Below the pieces are notes generated by a model, which did not search any database, was not told the DNA's origin, and saw nothing but the letters and a program-made list of their open reading frames with translations. A stretch of DNA of 64,000 nt, taken from assembly GCF_036321535.1 (NCBI RefSeq), contig NC_087437.1:69008001-69072000 (forward strand), in the 5' to 3' direction. The position numbers and the translations under genes were made by a program. Origin of the DNA: Camelus dromedarius. Lineage: Eukaryota. Below are positions 25,401 to 38,449 of this stretch, one piece after another (position 1 is the stretch's first letter; every line of letters starts with the position of its first letter).

Positions 25401-27018
25401 GACTGTATCAGAAACACTCAAAAGTAAAAAATCAGTGACACCTGTATTGTTCCTTCTAGGAGGCCATAAAGACCCTTTGCTTTTTAAGTAAATATAGGGG
25501 TAGAGAAATATTCCTCAAGCTTTTTTACTACGCCTGTGCATACTGAGGACATCTGATGCAAGGAAATCAGTGTGATACAGACCCTCTAAGACACTGAAAT
25601 CACAAGTTCCTTGTCAATTCTCTGAGATTACACATGAAACCAAAGTTCTGTACCCTTCAATTTCCAGGGGAATTTTGAGGGTCAACTGTTCGTTTCCTTT
25701 TCCCCAGACCTGTTGACTTATGGGGTGCTCATACCTTCTATAATCCATAAGCTAGTTACATAGTTGGGAGGTGTTAACATGTCTATCTAGTTAAACATTA
25801 TGTATCGTTAGTGTTTAAAACAGTGCTTAGAACATAGTAAATATTCGATAAATATCATAGAATAAGTGAAAGGAAAAATGAATGAATGAGCTTCAGGAAA
25901 GTACTGACCAGTACGCTGGCTGGTCATTTTCATCCTCAGTCCTAGAACTGACATTAACCTGAAAAAGGTTAGTAATTAGCATGAACCTTACTGTAGTGAT
26001 AGCCTTTTTAAGGAAAAATTATTTTATGGAGTGTTTGCTGTGATATTCAGTGATGCTTCTCCCACAGCCTGCCGCTTCCTTTACACAGCCTCTTTTCCTG
26101 GAGGTGGCTGCCATCCTAGAAGTCCTGACATGTGCTCCACCTGATGGAGCCACCTGGAAGCATCTCAGCAAGGTTTACTTTGGGGCAGGGGATGGAATTA
26201 GCAAGGAGCTTTTCTAGTATAGCTACTACCTACTCTCTAGTACATATTCCCATTTTGTGCTTTATTTCTTTGCCTGGGTGATGGACTAGTTTAGAAAAGG
26301 TATGAGGCAGTGAATAAAAAATGCATTGGATTAATTTTTTTTTTTTTTTTTTTTTTTTTACATTTAGTAATTACTGCATTCCAGCAAACAGAGCTGGGTC
26401 TGAGTGAATGCTGACATTTAATTTTCAGGTTTTGAATTGCTTGGAGAAAAGCAGATCTCTCTGTTGTTATCTGCTAACTTTTCACTGTGAGGTAATTATG
26501 CAGAACGGAGTATGGTCCTGGGCAGTGTTTAACACAGGCAGGTCATAACTAGACAGAAAATGGACCCTTGCTTTTAGGATAGGGATAATTAAAGGCTCAT
26601 AATTTTGGAAGAGCGGTGGTGATGTCATTTAATAGAAACACATATACCGGGAGGTGCATGCTTGAAAGGCATGTGTTTTATCATTTTATATCACTCATAA
26701 ACCATCAACATAATTTGGAAGCAAAGCATCTTTTCTCTGACTCTTTGTTTCATTGTTGGGGGTACATTCTATCTCGATTAGCAAAATGGTGCTTTATGGG
26801 CATTCTGTTTATTTTGTTTATTTGCAAATGTATGTATGTATGTATTTCAATCGGTTGTTTTCCTCGGGTTCCAGATGAAGCAAGCAATTGGGAAAATGGG
26901 AATCTAAATGGAAAGTAGCACATAATTGGAATTTTAGGCGTGTAAAACAGCTTAAAGGTCATATTTTAATTCCTTTTTTATATATTACAAATAGGCAAAA
27001 TGCAGTCTTTCCCCTGAG

Positions 27019-27715
27019 TGATGATACTGCCATCAGTGAAGACACTAGCCATAGTTCAAGGGTCCTCAGGGTCACTCTCATTTCAGACCAGCTGGCTGCA
27101 AGGTCAGGGATTCCTGTGACCAACCTCAAGTTTGATAACTTACTAGAATGGCTCACATAACTCTGGAAAGTGTTATACTTATGATTACAGTTTTATTACA
27201 CTAAACAAATATAAAGTTCCACTCAAAGGAAGAACTGTGTAGGGAGGAATTGTACATTTCAAATTGTGAAGTTTCTGTTGTCCTCAGGGACATGTTACCC
27301 ACTCAGCATCAATACACAGCAATACATGGAGAATCACAACCAGGGAAGCTGACACAAGTGCTGGTGTCTGGCGTTTTTTTTATTGGGATTTCATTACATA
27401 GTCATGATTAATTGAATTATTGCTTATGTAGTTGAACTCAGTCTCCAACCTCTCACCTCTACTCCCTACACGAAGCCTTCAATCACATAGTTGGTCATTC
27501 TAGGGTGGCTAGCCCTCATCTTGAGTCATAAACTATCTAGGTACCCATTATGAGTCACCTTGTTAACACAAAATACTATCAGGTGTGGTTGAGGGACCTA
27601 CTATCAATAACAAAGACACACCTGTCACTCAGGAAATTCCATGGATTCAGAGATCACTTCCTAGGAGCTATGACAATGGCTAGACCCCTCTTTAGCTAAG
27701 AACAAATACTACACA
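27019..27715 (-). mobile_element. MER21-type (MER21C-like) LTR
   Basis: ctcaagtttgataacttactagaatggctcaca and aaagacacacctgtcactcaggaaattccatgg match the MER21 reverse complement. Confidence 0.8.
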
Positions 27716-28011
27716 TGCATGCATAGCCCAAATTGCAGATTTGTTTTAAGGAAGTTCAAATAACTTCAAGGAAAGAACTGGATCTCAGGGAAATATTTCC
27801 TGGTTCCTTGTCCAAACATACCACCCAAAATGTTTACTAGAATATGAATTCTGCTTTATAGTGCTGTTACAGTAAAATATCTTGAGAAATATAAAGTTTA
27901 TAGGGCAATAGAGGGGTGATTATTGATTGTGGACTGGAAGCCTTAATCTGCATACTGTGACCTCCTCCAAGTGAAGGCAAGAGCCTAATAAATCAGGACA
28001 AATCTGTTATT

Positions 28012-28732
28012 TTTTTAACATTTTTTATTGATTTATAATCATTTTACAATGTTGTGTCAAATTCCAGTGTTTAGCACAATTTTTCAGTCATTCATGGACA
28101 TATACACACTCATTGTCACATTTTTTTCTCTGTGAGTTATCATAACATTTTGTGTATATTTCCCTGTGCTATACAGTGTAGTCTATTCTACAGTTTTGAA
28201 ATCCCAGTCTATCCCTTCCCACCCTCCACCCCCCTGGCAACCACAAGTCTGTATTCTCTGTCTATGAGTCTATTTCTGTCCTGTATTTATGCTTTGTTTT
28301 TGTTTGTTTGTTTGTTTGTTTTTGTTTTTGTTTTTTAGATTCTACATATGAGTGATCTCATATGGTATTTTTCTTTCTCTTTCTGGCTTACTTCACTTAG
28401 AATGACTTTCTCCAGGAGCATCCATGTTCCTGCAAATGGCATTATGTTGTCGGTTTTTATGGCTGAGTAGTAGTCCATTGTATAAATATACCACATCTTC
28501 TTCATCCAGTCACCTGTTGATGGACATTTAGGCTGTTTCCATGTTTTGACTATTGTAAATAGTGCTGCTATGAACATTGGGGTGTAGGTGTCATCCTGAA
28601 GTAGGGTTCCTTCTGGATACAAGCCGAGGAGTGGGATTCCTGGGTCATATGGTAAGTCTATTCCTCGTCTTTTGAGGAATCTCCACACTGTTTTCCATAG
28701 TGGCTGCACCAAACTGCATTCCCACCAGCAGT
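28012..28732 (-). mobile_element. Young 5'-truncated L1 (ORF2 C-terminus and 3' UTR)
   Basis: Uninterrupted ORF 28335-28739 ([19 protein letters not shown]...WKQPKCPS...YYSAIK); perfect 17-bp TSD aggacaaatctgttatt at 27995-28011 and 28733-28749. Confidence 0.97.
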
Positions 28733-29169
28733 AGGACAAATCTGTTATTCAAGAGAAAGGGGTAAAGAGTAAAGAGAAGGTTCTATAGAACTTAAGTCAA
28801 CAGGAACAATGCAGGATTGCATTTTTTGTTGGAGGGTAAAAAAAAAAGTGATGGGGAAAATTAAAGACCATTGCTTTAATGAAACTGGGAAGATTTTGAG
28901 CAACTGTAGTTGAAGATAAAACTAAAAAGTAACATATAGCCTGCTTATCTAACTATTAAGAAAATAATCTACAAATATACTTGAGTTGGGAAACTGGATA
29001 GAAATCTCCAGAATTAAAGAATAGTCAATAAGAACTCTCATCATCTTGTATTTTTATTCATCTAATGTAGGCAATGGGTATCTGTAAAAAACCCTGCATA
29101 GTAGGATATCTTTTGTATTTTTTTGGTCTTTTGTCTTATTTACAGGTAGGTTACTATAAAAGCATATAT

Positions 29170-30955
29170 ATCACATGCTAAATTTTGTGTAAGGAAAAAG
29201 AGGAAATAAGAAAATATGCATGTATCTGCTTACTTTTACAAGAGAAATACAATAGATACAACCCAAATAATTAAGGAATTCTTTATATTCCACAAGGCAT
29301 TGGTAAGAACAGCAAAGTAGAAGAGGTAGGGGACAAAGTGACAGTTCTCTGAATATAATTTTTTGCACAGTTTGGGCTTTTGGAAGTTTGTTAATGTTCT
29401 AAATATTCAAAAGTAAAAAATAAGAATAGGAAGATGAAAACTGATAACTGGCTACAATCAAAAATAAATAATCCCATCCATTTTAGATGAAGAACACAGT
29501 CTTAAAGGAAAAAACACAAAGAACTAATCCAAATATTTTAATATAATTATATACTTATCAGGATATAATTTACATTCAATAAAATTTCCCATTTTAACTG
29601 TCTACACCTGTCTTGTGAACAGTACCTTGACTTCCCTCAATCTAGAGGGAAAAACTGCAAACAAATCTTAAACTCTTATTTACCCTTTTGGTTGTTTGTC
29701 TTTGGTAGTGGTGTGGATGTACCAATTCTGGAAGTAATCTGTATGCATTGTGGGACTGAAGAAATGAGTAAATGTGGTGATGTTGGTGGTAAAAGGGAAT
29801 ATGGAATAAGGGAAGGCAAGTAAGAACATTTTGGGGTTAGACTGGAGCTGGAGGTATCTAAGAACATATATTTCTATTGAAAGCACAGAAGCAGTGATGC
29901 TTCGGGAATAATGAGCACACTTAAAGCCTAGATGTTGGTTTCTGAATGTCATTCTCCACTGAAAAGAACTGGGGCTAACCGAATACATGGCTGAGTCCAA
30001 GACTGGGGTAGGGAAGATATAAGATGAGCCTGGAACATCTTAATGTTTAGGAAGTACTCAAAAAAAAAAAAAAAAGGAGACAGATTGAAGGGGCTCCCAT
30101 TATAGGCATGTGGGGAAATTTCAGCATCCAAAATTAAGAAGTGTCATGTATTATAACACAGTGAATAACATAGGAACCAATGAATGCATACTGATAAATA
30201 ATAGGTAAATAAACAAATAAATGAGGAAGAAAGAAAGGCTCTTCCTAACTGATGCCAACTGATTATTGTGGAGAGAATAGTGATTTGGGGAAAACAGTAT
30301 TTGCAACCATCAGAGAACAAATTATTTTAGGCAAGAATTATCAGTGGATATGAAATCTAAAGGAAGAGTTTGATGAGAAACAGAATATTTGCATAATCCC
30401 CTGTTGCTTCCCCATAGATTGCTTATTAGTTGCAAGAAGAAAAGTTAGTTACAACACAGTGGAAAAAATAGACAACTCCTTGATTTGGTGATGAGAATTA
30501 ACACCACCAATAAATGGTGGATGGACAAGGTGCCTTCAGATATGACACCCTAAGAAGGACACATCACTTATGAAGTATTCCAACTGGGCATATATTACTT
30601 CAATGGAAATAAGAGGAAATAGCAGATGTGCCAACTAAATGCAGTAAATAACCAGGAACTGCTGGATCTTATACTGGATGGAGAAAGTGCTAAAAAGCCC
30701 CTAACTAGGTCATTTAATACAACTGGAATATATGCCCTGGATTAAATAAGCATTGTATTATTGTTAAACTTTGTGAATTTAAGGTATGCATATGTATACA
30801 TTTAATATATACTATATATCAACATTAAATTATTTAACTTAGTGACAGAAAAAGTGGCAAAGTGGTGTATATTGGGAAAACTGGGACAGGGTATACAAAA
30901 GGTCTATTCTTAGATTGTAAATCTTTTTTTGTTTGAAATTATTTTAAAAAACATT
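29170..30955 (+). mobile_element. L1MC3/L1MC4-type long 3' region
   Basis: gagcacacttaaagcctagatgttggtttct...ataagatgagcctggaacatct; gaaattattttaaaa terminus. Confidence 0.75.
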
Positions 30956-31786
30956 TTTGAAAGGAATAGAAGAGCTAAATTTCCAAGGAATGAGCCCTAA
31001 ATCCTTGGCAGTGGCAAGGTAGGCTAGGAGGTTTTTTTCATTACCTTAAGATCCCCTTTTAAATAAGCCCCTTTAAAATCTTCCTTTCACATGCCACCAG
31101 CTGCCTTTCCCGGGTGCTGTCTCTGGACTCCTTCTTTCCCTCTGGGATAGTGTTCCCACGGGTCGTGCGTGTGCTCCCTCATCTTCTCCCCTTGTGCTGC
31201 TACGACCCAAGCGAGACTCCCAGAAGGGCACGAGCGGGTATGTGGACAAATGCCTCATTCCCAGGTCATTCCTTCCTCCAGGGACCCCCTTTTCTCTTCC
31301 AGCTCCAAATCCAATTTTTCACTCAAGGTAAGCGACCCGATGGCTCTCTCTGCTCCGAGGGACCCCCATGTGCTAGGAACTCACTTTACATCTTGTATCA
31401 CTGTGAGGATTAACAGTCCTGACCGGCCAAGTCGCACATTGCCTCACATTTGTGATGCCGTCAGCATCTTGGAGAACTAGAGGGAATCTAGTTTCATTTC
31501 CTCTCAGAGGACTTTGAGAGGTAGATGAAGGGCACCCCTCAAAAGGAATCTATTATGTACACTAGTCTTAGGCTCAGCAAAGCCTTCTCTTCAGAAAGAA
31601 AACATTACAATGGTGTGACAACAAAGTTTGGCTTTGAAAAATCCTTTTGAAGTTATAAGATAAAATAATAATTAAGAGGAAACAATCCAAAATAGTGTTA
31701 CTATTATGCATCCATCTCAGGTCACCAGTGATGGAATACCCTGTAGCATCTGTTGGAGTCTTCACGTGTACATGTGACTTCTAGGC

Positions 31787-31813
31787 TGTGTGTGTTTGTG
31801 TGTGTGTGTGTGT
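31787..31813. repeat. (TG)n microsatellite
   Basis: Seen directly. Confidence 0.9.
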
Positions 31814-32834
31814 TTTAACTGCCCTGCTAATGATTTTAATGTGATTACTCTTTAAGAAAGATGATGAGATTGTGGAATGCATCATTTTTGCCTTGGATTT
31901 TGCAGAGATCAGATGTTTCCAAACTCTACATTGTAGAGTTGAGAGGAACTTGAGATATTATCACATCTAATCCATTTTATGTTAGCAGCATCCTCTTTTA
32001 CAAGATTATACTCTTCCTAGTTATTCTAGAGATTGAAGAAACAGTGAGAACACAATATCAAAGGGGCATCATCACCAGTATCAATGAGTACATTTAGTAT
32101 GAACTTCATTTATTTTCTGTATATCTCACTAGCAGTTTCAAGCATAATTAACTCAAATTTTCTGATAATTCATTTTGTTCATAATTTATTAATAGTGTTG
32201 ATTTTCTCTCTGCCCTCTTTGACTTCCCTTTCTTCTTTCACTTTTTCTTCAGCCTGATTCAGTTACCACTCACTGTATTTGTATTAAACCTTTTGAGTGT
32301 TTCTTGTATTTTCCTCTTTATCTGCCTCCCCTCTTTCAGATTAAACACTGAACCTTTGAATCAGATCCCAAGGTCTAGTGTTTCTTCCTCAACTAACAAT
32401 TACTAGACAAAACAAGAATGTCATAATCATGGAGAAATGTCAAGATTTTTATTTCCAAAGGTGTTAAGAATAGTTATTTTAACAGGGCTTTCACACTGTA
32501 GTCCTTAAATATTTTTCCACTGGAGGTTATGTTGTGAATTCACTTCTTATTTTGTGGCCCAAAACTTTTACATCGAGGTTTATTAAAGGAGTGATTGTGA
32601 GATGTGCGATGGTGCTCAAAAGCTAATCTCTTGATGCAGCACGCTGGTACTAGCAAATACTGCAGCTCGCGCTCTGGACATTGGCAAAAATAACTGAGGG
32701 GTTGGTACAATTACCCACTTAACTCGTAGTATGGCATACGGCCAACCTCTTAGAGCTACAGTAATTCAGGGAAGTTACCGATCTTTCAGTGCGAGAAGTT
32801 GAACTAGTTGTGTCAACTTGTTTGTTACTTCATC

Positions 32835-33200
32835 TGAAAAATATTTATGGAGTACCCAAATTACAAAGCATTGTTTTAGCTAGAAACCAGATGTAGGGGA
32901 TACAGTGTTCAATGACACACTGCTCTCAAGAAGCTTAGATCCCAAAGAGAAAGATAAATAGCACAGTGGTGAACAGACAACGAACAGGGCAGCTTGTACT
33001 AAGTGCTTTGAAGACAACAACAGACACTAAGGGAAGCCTGAGAAACTGAGTGCCTGAGGGGTGCAGGGGGTAGTCAGGTCAGGCATTCAAGGAGGGCCTC
33101 TCACGTAAACTATCAGCTGGATTGAGACCTGATAATCGAGCTGCCATGGAGAGGATAGACACAAAAATCCTAAAGAGGCGGGTGCATTCGAAGAACAGAA
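32835..33200 (-). mobile_element. L2 3' part
   Basis: aaatatttatggagtacc...ggggatacagtg...ctgctctcaagaagctta. Confidence 0.7.
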
Positions 33201-33249
33201 TGAAAATCAGGATTCCAAGGGCAGCAGTGAGAGAGAGGTATGAAATATG

Positions 33250-33580
33250 TCAGAAAATTTGGTACGTCAGGTACCAAGGGGTCACTGGGTATGTGATCAG
33301 CTCGTTCACAATTCTCTGATCGGTTTAGTGGACGTAACAGGGAGGGGAGGGGGTCGTGTAAGGGTAGGGCTAGGGATTTTGTTAGGGGGTTGTGACTGGG
33401 TTTCTGGTCATAAGGTTGATCATTGTCTAGAGTAGTTAGTTCAGCTTAGGCAGGTAGGTATTAAGAAAGGAATGTTTTTTGTTGTCTTTAAAGGGCAGCA
33501 TATGGACACTTGTGGGGCTTTGGAGCAGGCATCTGCCAGATGTCTGTGGACCCCACAACAGACATTTGGGGTGACATCAC
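33250..33580 (-). mobile_element. Possible ERV1-type LTR fragment
   Basis: gtgatcagctcgttcacaattctctgatcggtt resembles a motif of laurasiatherian MER41-like LTRs; boundaries and strand uncertain. Confidence 0.4.
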
Positions 33581-34360
33581 CAGCAGGTGTCTAATGAATG
33601 TGCTTCTGTGTAGCAAATGGAGTATTTTTAATAAACACTAAGTTGTTAAGCATTCAAACTGGGATTTGGCTAATACTCTGGAACCCTCCTCCTGGAGCAC
33701 AACTGTTTTCTCTCTCAGGACAGGACAAGTGGACCAGAAGTGGCAGTAAATAGATGGATAGGAAAATGTCTGCAGCAAGATATTTTCCTGGGTGCTGCAG
33801 CTCTGTTGTCTTCATTCTCATCACTCGACTACCTTCAGGCATCCTCTCTCTTTTAACCAAGAGATGTGATTCGACAAGAGAGGCACCATCCCTGACAGCC
33901 TTGTTATGCCTTCAGGTCAATGCCACACACACACAAAGGTCACTGCCTTACAAAGAGAAGAACAGTTATCTCATTGTGCCTCAGGCGAAATGCAGGACTG
34001 GAATGGCTCATTGAGCTGCCTTTGTGTTTTTTCCCAGCCCAGGTTAACCTTAGGCAAAACTGTAAGTAGTTGAAGTCTGAAGATAATCTTTGGTTTCTCC
34101 CTATAGTTATCTCCTGCCTCTGGTTTGGCTTTCTCCTGTTACTTAGGACCTACACTGTGCAAGACCCCGGGGGGAAGGTTATGGAAGATGCAAAGAGTTA
34201 TGAGACGCTGTCCTTCTCCAGAGAAATGTTTGTGATGGAAATAGCTAATGGTACTATTATTTGTTGCATGACAGTACCAGTTTACAATGGGAGAGTGTTC
34301 TCCAAACTGTATGCGGCTGAGGTCACAAGGCTGGCCTATGAGTGAGGTGAGCACACTTTA

Positions 34361-34391
<31 letters not shown>

Positions 34392-34491
34392 TGACATGGC
34401 TCCTAGTGATTTCTCTTTGGAAGAGCCACTGGGTTGCACAACGTACTGAATGTTCTTAGACTGTCACTTGTCTCTGGCATAAAGCACAGGT

Positions 34492-34961
34492 TTGTTTTTC
34501 TTTAATTGAAGTATAGTCGGTTTACAATGTTGCGTTAATTTCTGGTGTACAGCATAGTGGTTCAGTTATACGTATATATTTCTTTTCATATTATTTTTCA
34601 TTATAGGCTATTATAAGGTATTGAATATAGTTCCCTGTGCTATGCAGTAGGACCTTGTTGTTTATCAATTTTATATATAGTAGTTAGTATCTGCAAATCC
34701 TAAACTCCCAATTTATCCCTCCATCCCAACCCCCTTTCCCCCCTGGTAACCACAAGTTTGTTTTCTATGTCTGTAAGTCTGTTTCTGTTTTTTACATAAG
34801 TTCATTTGTGCCATTTCTTTAGATTCCACATATAAGTGATATCATACGGTATTTTTCTTTCTCTTTCTGGCTTACTTCACTTAGTATGACGATCTTCAGG
34901 TCCATCCATGTTGCTGCAAATGGCATTATTTCATTCTTTTTTTTAATGGCTGAGTAGTATT

Positions 34962-35044
<83 letters not shown>

Positions 35045-35115
35045 CGCATCTTCTTTACCCAGTCATCTGTAGATGGACATTTAGGTTGCTTCCATGTCTT
35101 GGCTGTTGTACATAG
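34492..35115 (-). mobile_element. 5'-truncated L1 (ORF2 C-terminus and 3' UTR)
   Basis: ORF 34819-35121 (AKTWKQPKCPSTDDW...YYSAIKK...MISLICGI); 10-bp TSD aagcacaggt at 34482-34491 and 35116-35125. Confidence 0.95.
34965..35042. repeat. Perfect (AC)39 microsatellite inside the L1
   Basis: Seen directly. Confidence 0.97.
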
Positions 35116-35734
35116 AAGCACAGGTATTATAAATCAAGAGTCATAATTTCAAAACCTCTGGGCATGACAGGAGTACCTAGCTTATAGCACTTGCCTGCTG
35201 CTCACAATAAGTGCTCTCTAAGATCTTTTGATTTTGGTCACAAATGCTAGAAAAGTCTAATGTAACTTGTATCTCAGTCTAATTTATTTATCCATTTATG
35301 TAAAGTGGCTCTCTCAACTGCTTCCCAGAATTCAAAAAGACAGTTAACTTTTAAATAACAAATAATGGCCAAAAAGAAAAGCAACTGAGAAATAGGGAGC
35401 ATATTTTTCAGCTCAAGTTATAAGTGAGATGGACCGTCAGTGGTGTTTCCTGTGCTGCCATGATGAGCAGGGCGTTCACACATGAAAGAGATCACACTGC
35501 TGGAAAGTTTCACTGTATGGAACCACCAAGACTCAGATTTCCCAGAGCTCTAACTTGAGCTTGTTCCCCACCACCTATACACACACACGTGCACCCCTAC
35601 CTAGATCCTAGCCCTCTTATTTCAGCCAGTCTTACATGCAACTTGCATTACCTACAGTTTTGAAATAGGCAGAATTTTCCACTGCTGGTACTGAAGTCTG
35701 GACTGCATTCTAGTGGTCATTCCTCTCTGACCCA

Positions 35735-35885
35735 GGTGCAGTGTGTTACAGAGTAAAACCAGACCTGGAATCCGAAAAATTGAGCTTCAGTCTGGGCTTA
35801 GTCATGTTTGAGCTCTGTGTCCTTAAAAACAGTGCTTGTCCTCTCTGACCCTTAGTTTCCTTTACTTAGAAAAAGAGGTTAATTA
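35735..35885 (+). mobile_element. MIR fragment
   Basis: gacctggaatccgaaa...ctctgtgtcctt...ctctctgacccttagtttcc. Confidence 0.6.
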
Positions 35886-36106
35886 CAGCTTGCAAATATT
35901 AAGTAAACAATCAGCAAGTGTACAATGGCTATCAGAAAACTCCCTGAAAACTGTACTTCAGACGTTCATGTAACTGTGATGGGTTTGAGGTGAATGGAAT
36001 TCAGGGGCTGTGTTGTGACTGTCTTGACTGACGCTGAGCCTTTTCATCTGGTGGTTAGAGACTGCCGCGGTGCTCTGGAACAGCGTAAGGGGCAATGAAG
36101 TTCACG

Positions 36107-36583
36107 TGTCAGTTTAATGGGTTCAGTTGCATGTAACAAAAAACCCACTTTGTAGTGATTTTTAAAATAAGGGTTTATTTTTCTCATAAATCAAGCAGCC
36201 TAGACGTAGTCGACTCTAGCTCTTGGTTCAGTACCTCACTGCTGCCAGGACTAACGTATCTGCAATATTCCTGGACTTCCTTTTATGACTGTAGGACGAG
36301 GGCCTCAACTTCAGATGTTGAGTCCTACTCAGGGCAGAAAGAAGATACAGACACAGATATTCTTTCATCAGTAAAATAAAGCTTTCCCAGGAACCTCCAG
36401 CAGATATCCACTTCCATCTCACTGACAAGAAAAAAGATACTACAGCTATCTCTTAATGCAAAAGGGACTGAAAAGAGTTTTAAACCTAAGTACAATGCTG
36501 CTCTGAACCTAATTTGGGCTTTTTAAGTAAGAAAGAGAAAAAGAAAATCAGACAATTGACTAGTAGACTAATAAACTGCCACA
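36107..36583 (-). mobile_element. MLT1J-like solo LTR
   Basis: tgtcagttt...ttcagttgcatgtaacaaaaaccc...tttatttttctcata...ctgccaca. Confidence 0.75.
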
Positions 36584-38449
36584 AAGTAAAACCTCAGTGA
36601 AATACTTTAAAAGTGAATTATTTTCCCCAATCTGGCACCCATATTTTCTTTATATTGAGGCTTCAATCACCAACATCCGGCGTGTGTAAAACATTTCTAT
36701 TTACCGAAATATGCCAGTTCTCAAACAGGATGACTGCATTTGGTGTTAAACTGGCTTTTCTAATTAGTTACTGTAATTGAGGAATATTTAGCTTCTTGGA
36801 ATAGAAACCATCCAAACCATATTTTGGTTCTTTTCCCCCTGATACGTCAGAAAATAGGAGGAATCAGATCAGCAAAGCATTGACTTGTGCACACATGTAA
36901 GTTTACCAGCAGTAGCTAATTAGTAGTTGTATCAGGGGGAATTATAAATGATGAAAACACAGCAAATCAGCAACTGTGACTCCCATGCAGGCAGCTGATC
37001 TTAGTTGCGTCTGTAAGTATGGCAAGAACTGGAATTGTGTTTCTTACAGGTTTGCTAACTTGTGTACATAAAATTTTTGTGCACATTTGATGAAGGTAAT
37101 GGAACCACACTTTTCATATCTCACTGCATTTACCCCTGCGTTTGACAGTGTCTATCTGTATCCACAGAGGTAAACGCAGTAGCATCCACGTGGTCAGTGT
37201 ATGATGCTCATATGATATGGTTTCTGCTCTAGTGATATGCTTTAAAAGATGGTTTTGAGGAAGAGCTAGTATTCAAAGGAGAGGACAGCTAGGGGGGAAA
37301 ACGTGTAGAGAGATGTTTGGAACAGGAAAAACCATCTATCTATATTTCCTGGAGGTCCAAAGTTTATTTCTCTGGTTCCCTTTTCATCAGTCTCCTCATT
37401 GGTGTAGAGTGGTAGGAATGACACTGGGTGCAGCTTGAGCTTTGACGTTACAAAGATGTGAGACTACGACATGCCCACTTCTAGAGTTCTTGGTGAGAAG
37501 TATAGACATGCATGGTCCTACTTGTCTCAAAATATTTGGATATTCAATTCTATGAAAAGTGAACTGTTAGCAATCTGATTCACAAATAGGAAAAAATACC
37601 AAAAATTTCCCAAAGCTGAAGGCGTGTAATATTAGAACAGCTTTACCTTTTCATTTCAATCACCAACACCAAAACAACATCTGACTAGTTTGGTCTAGTA
37701 CACTAATTTGATTAAAATCATATCCTATTTTGGATATTGTGGGAAATCCTGGCTGGCATCCTTACAAACTTCTGGAGGACATCAGTTGTCAGAAACCCAT
37801 GGAATAACAGAATGGCTTTGGCTACAGTTTACTCTGTGATTTTTTTCTAAATGTCAATGGCAGACAAATGGAAGGACTAACCCACTCTACTAATTCACTT
37901 TAAAAAGTTCAGAGACCTTTAGAAGACCCAGAAAACTACAGCTTGCTCTCCTACAAGCTTTGTTGTCCCCAAGAAACTTGCCAGGCCTACCTGATGGGTT
38001 TTCGTTCAGCACTGTTGGTGCCCAGCCTGCCGTGTCCCCATAATTGGTCAAGTGGAACCCTGCCACAGTAGACCCATTAGTATGCTAGTACTCATACCAT
38101 TGTGCTGCAGGCCACAGGAAGCCTGGAGGACAACACAAGAACACATTCCCTGTGCAGTTGGAAACCTTTTTAGCTCAGTATGGTTATGAACAGCATTAGA
38201 AATCCTTGAGACATTTCACCAGAGGAGTCTGTAGACAAAAGATGTCTTCAGTAGTGTCCCTGCACCATAACAGGAGAACAAGGAGACTGCCTCAATGCAC
38301 AATGAAGAAAATGGAGGTTGGACAGTAACCTGCTTTAAAGAGAAAAGTGATCCAAAGCAGTGTCCCTATTTGAGATACAAACCTAGGCTGAGTGCTGGAC
38401 AATTCTAAATGGACGGACCATGCCTGATAAAGTGAAATGTAATTTTTTT

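Noticed and set aside
28335..28739. 134-aa ORF as a host gene
   Set aside because: L1 ORF2 C-terminal fragment; the start is an artefact of the insertion junction
34819..35121. ORF with a poly-VC tract
   Set aside because: L1 ORF2 remnant plus a CA microsatellite
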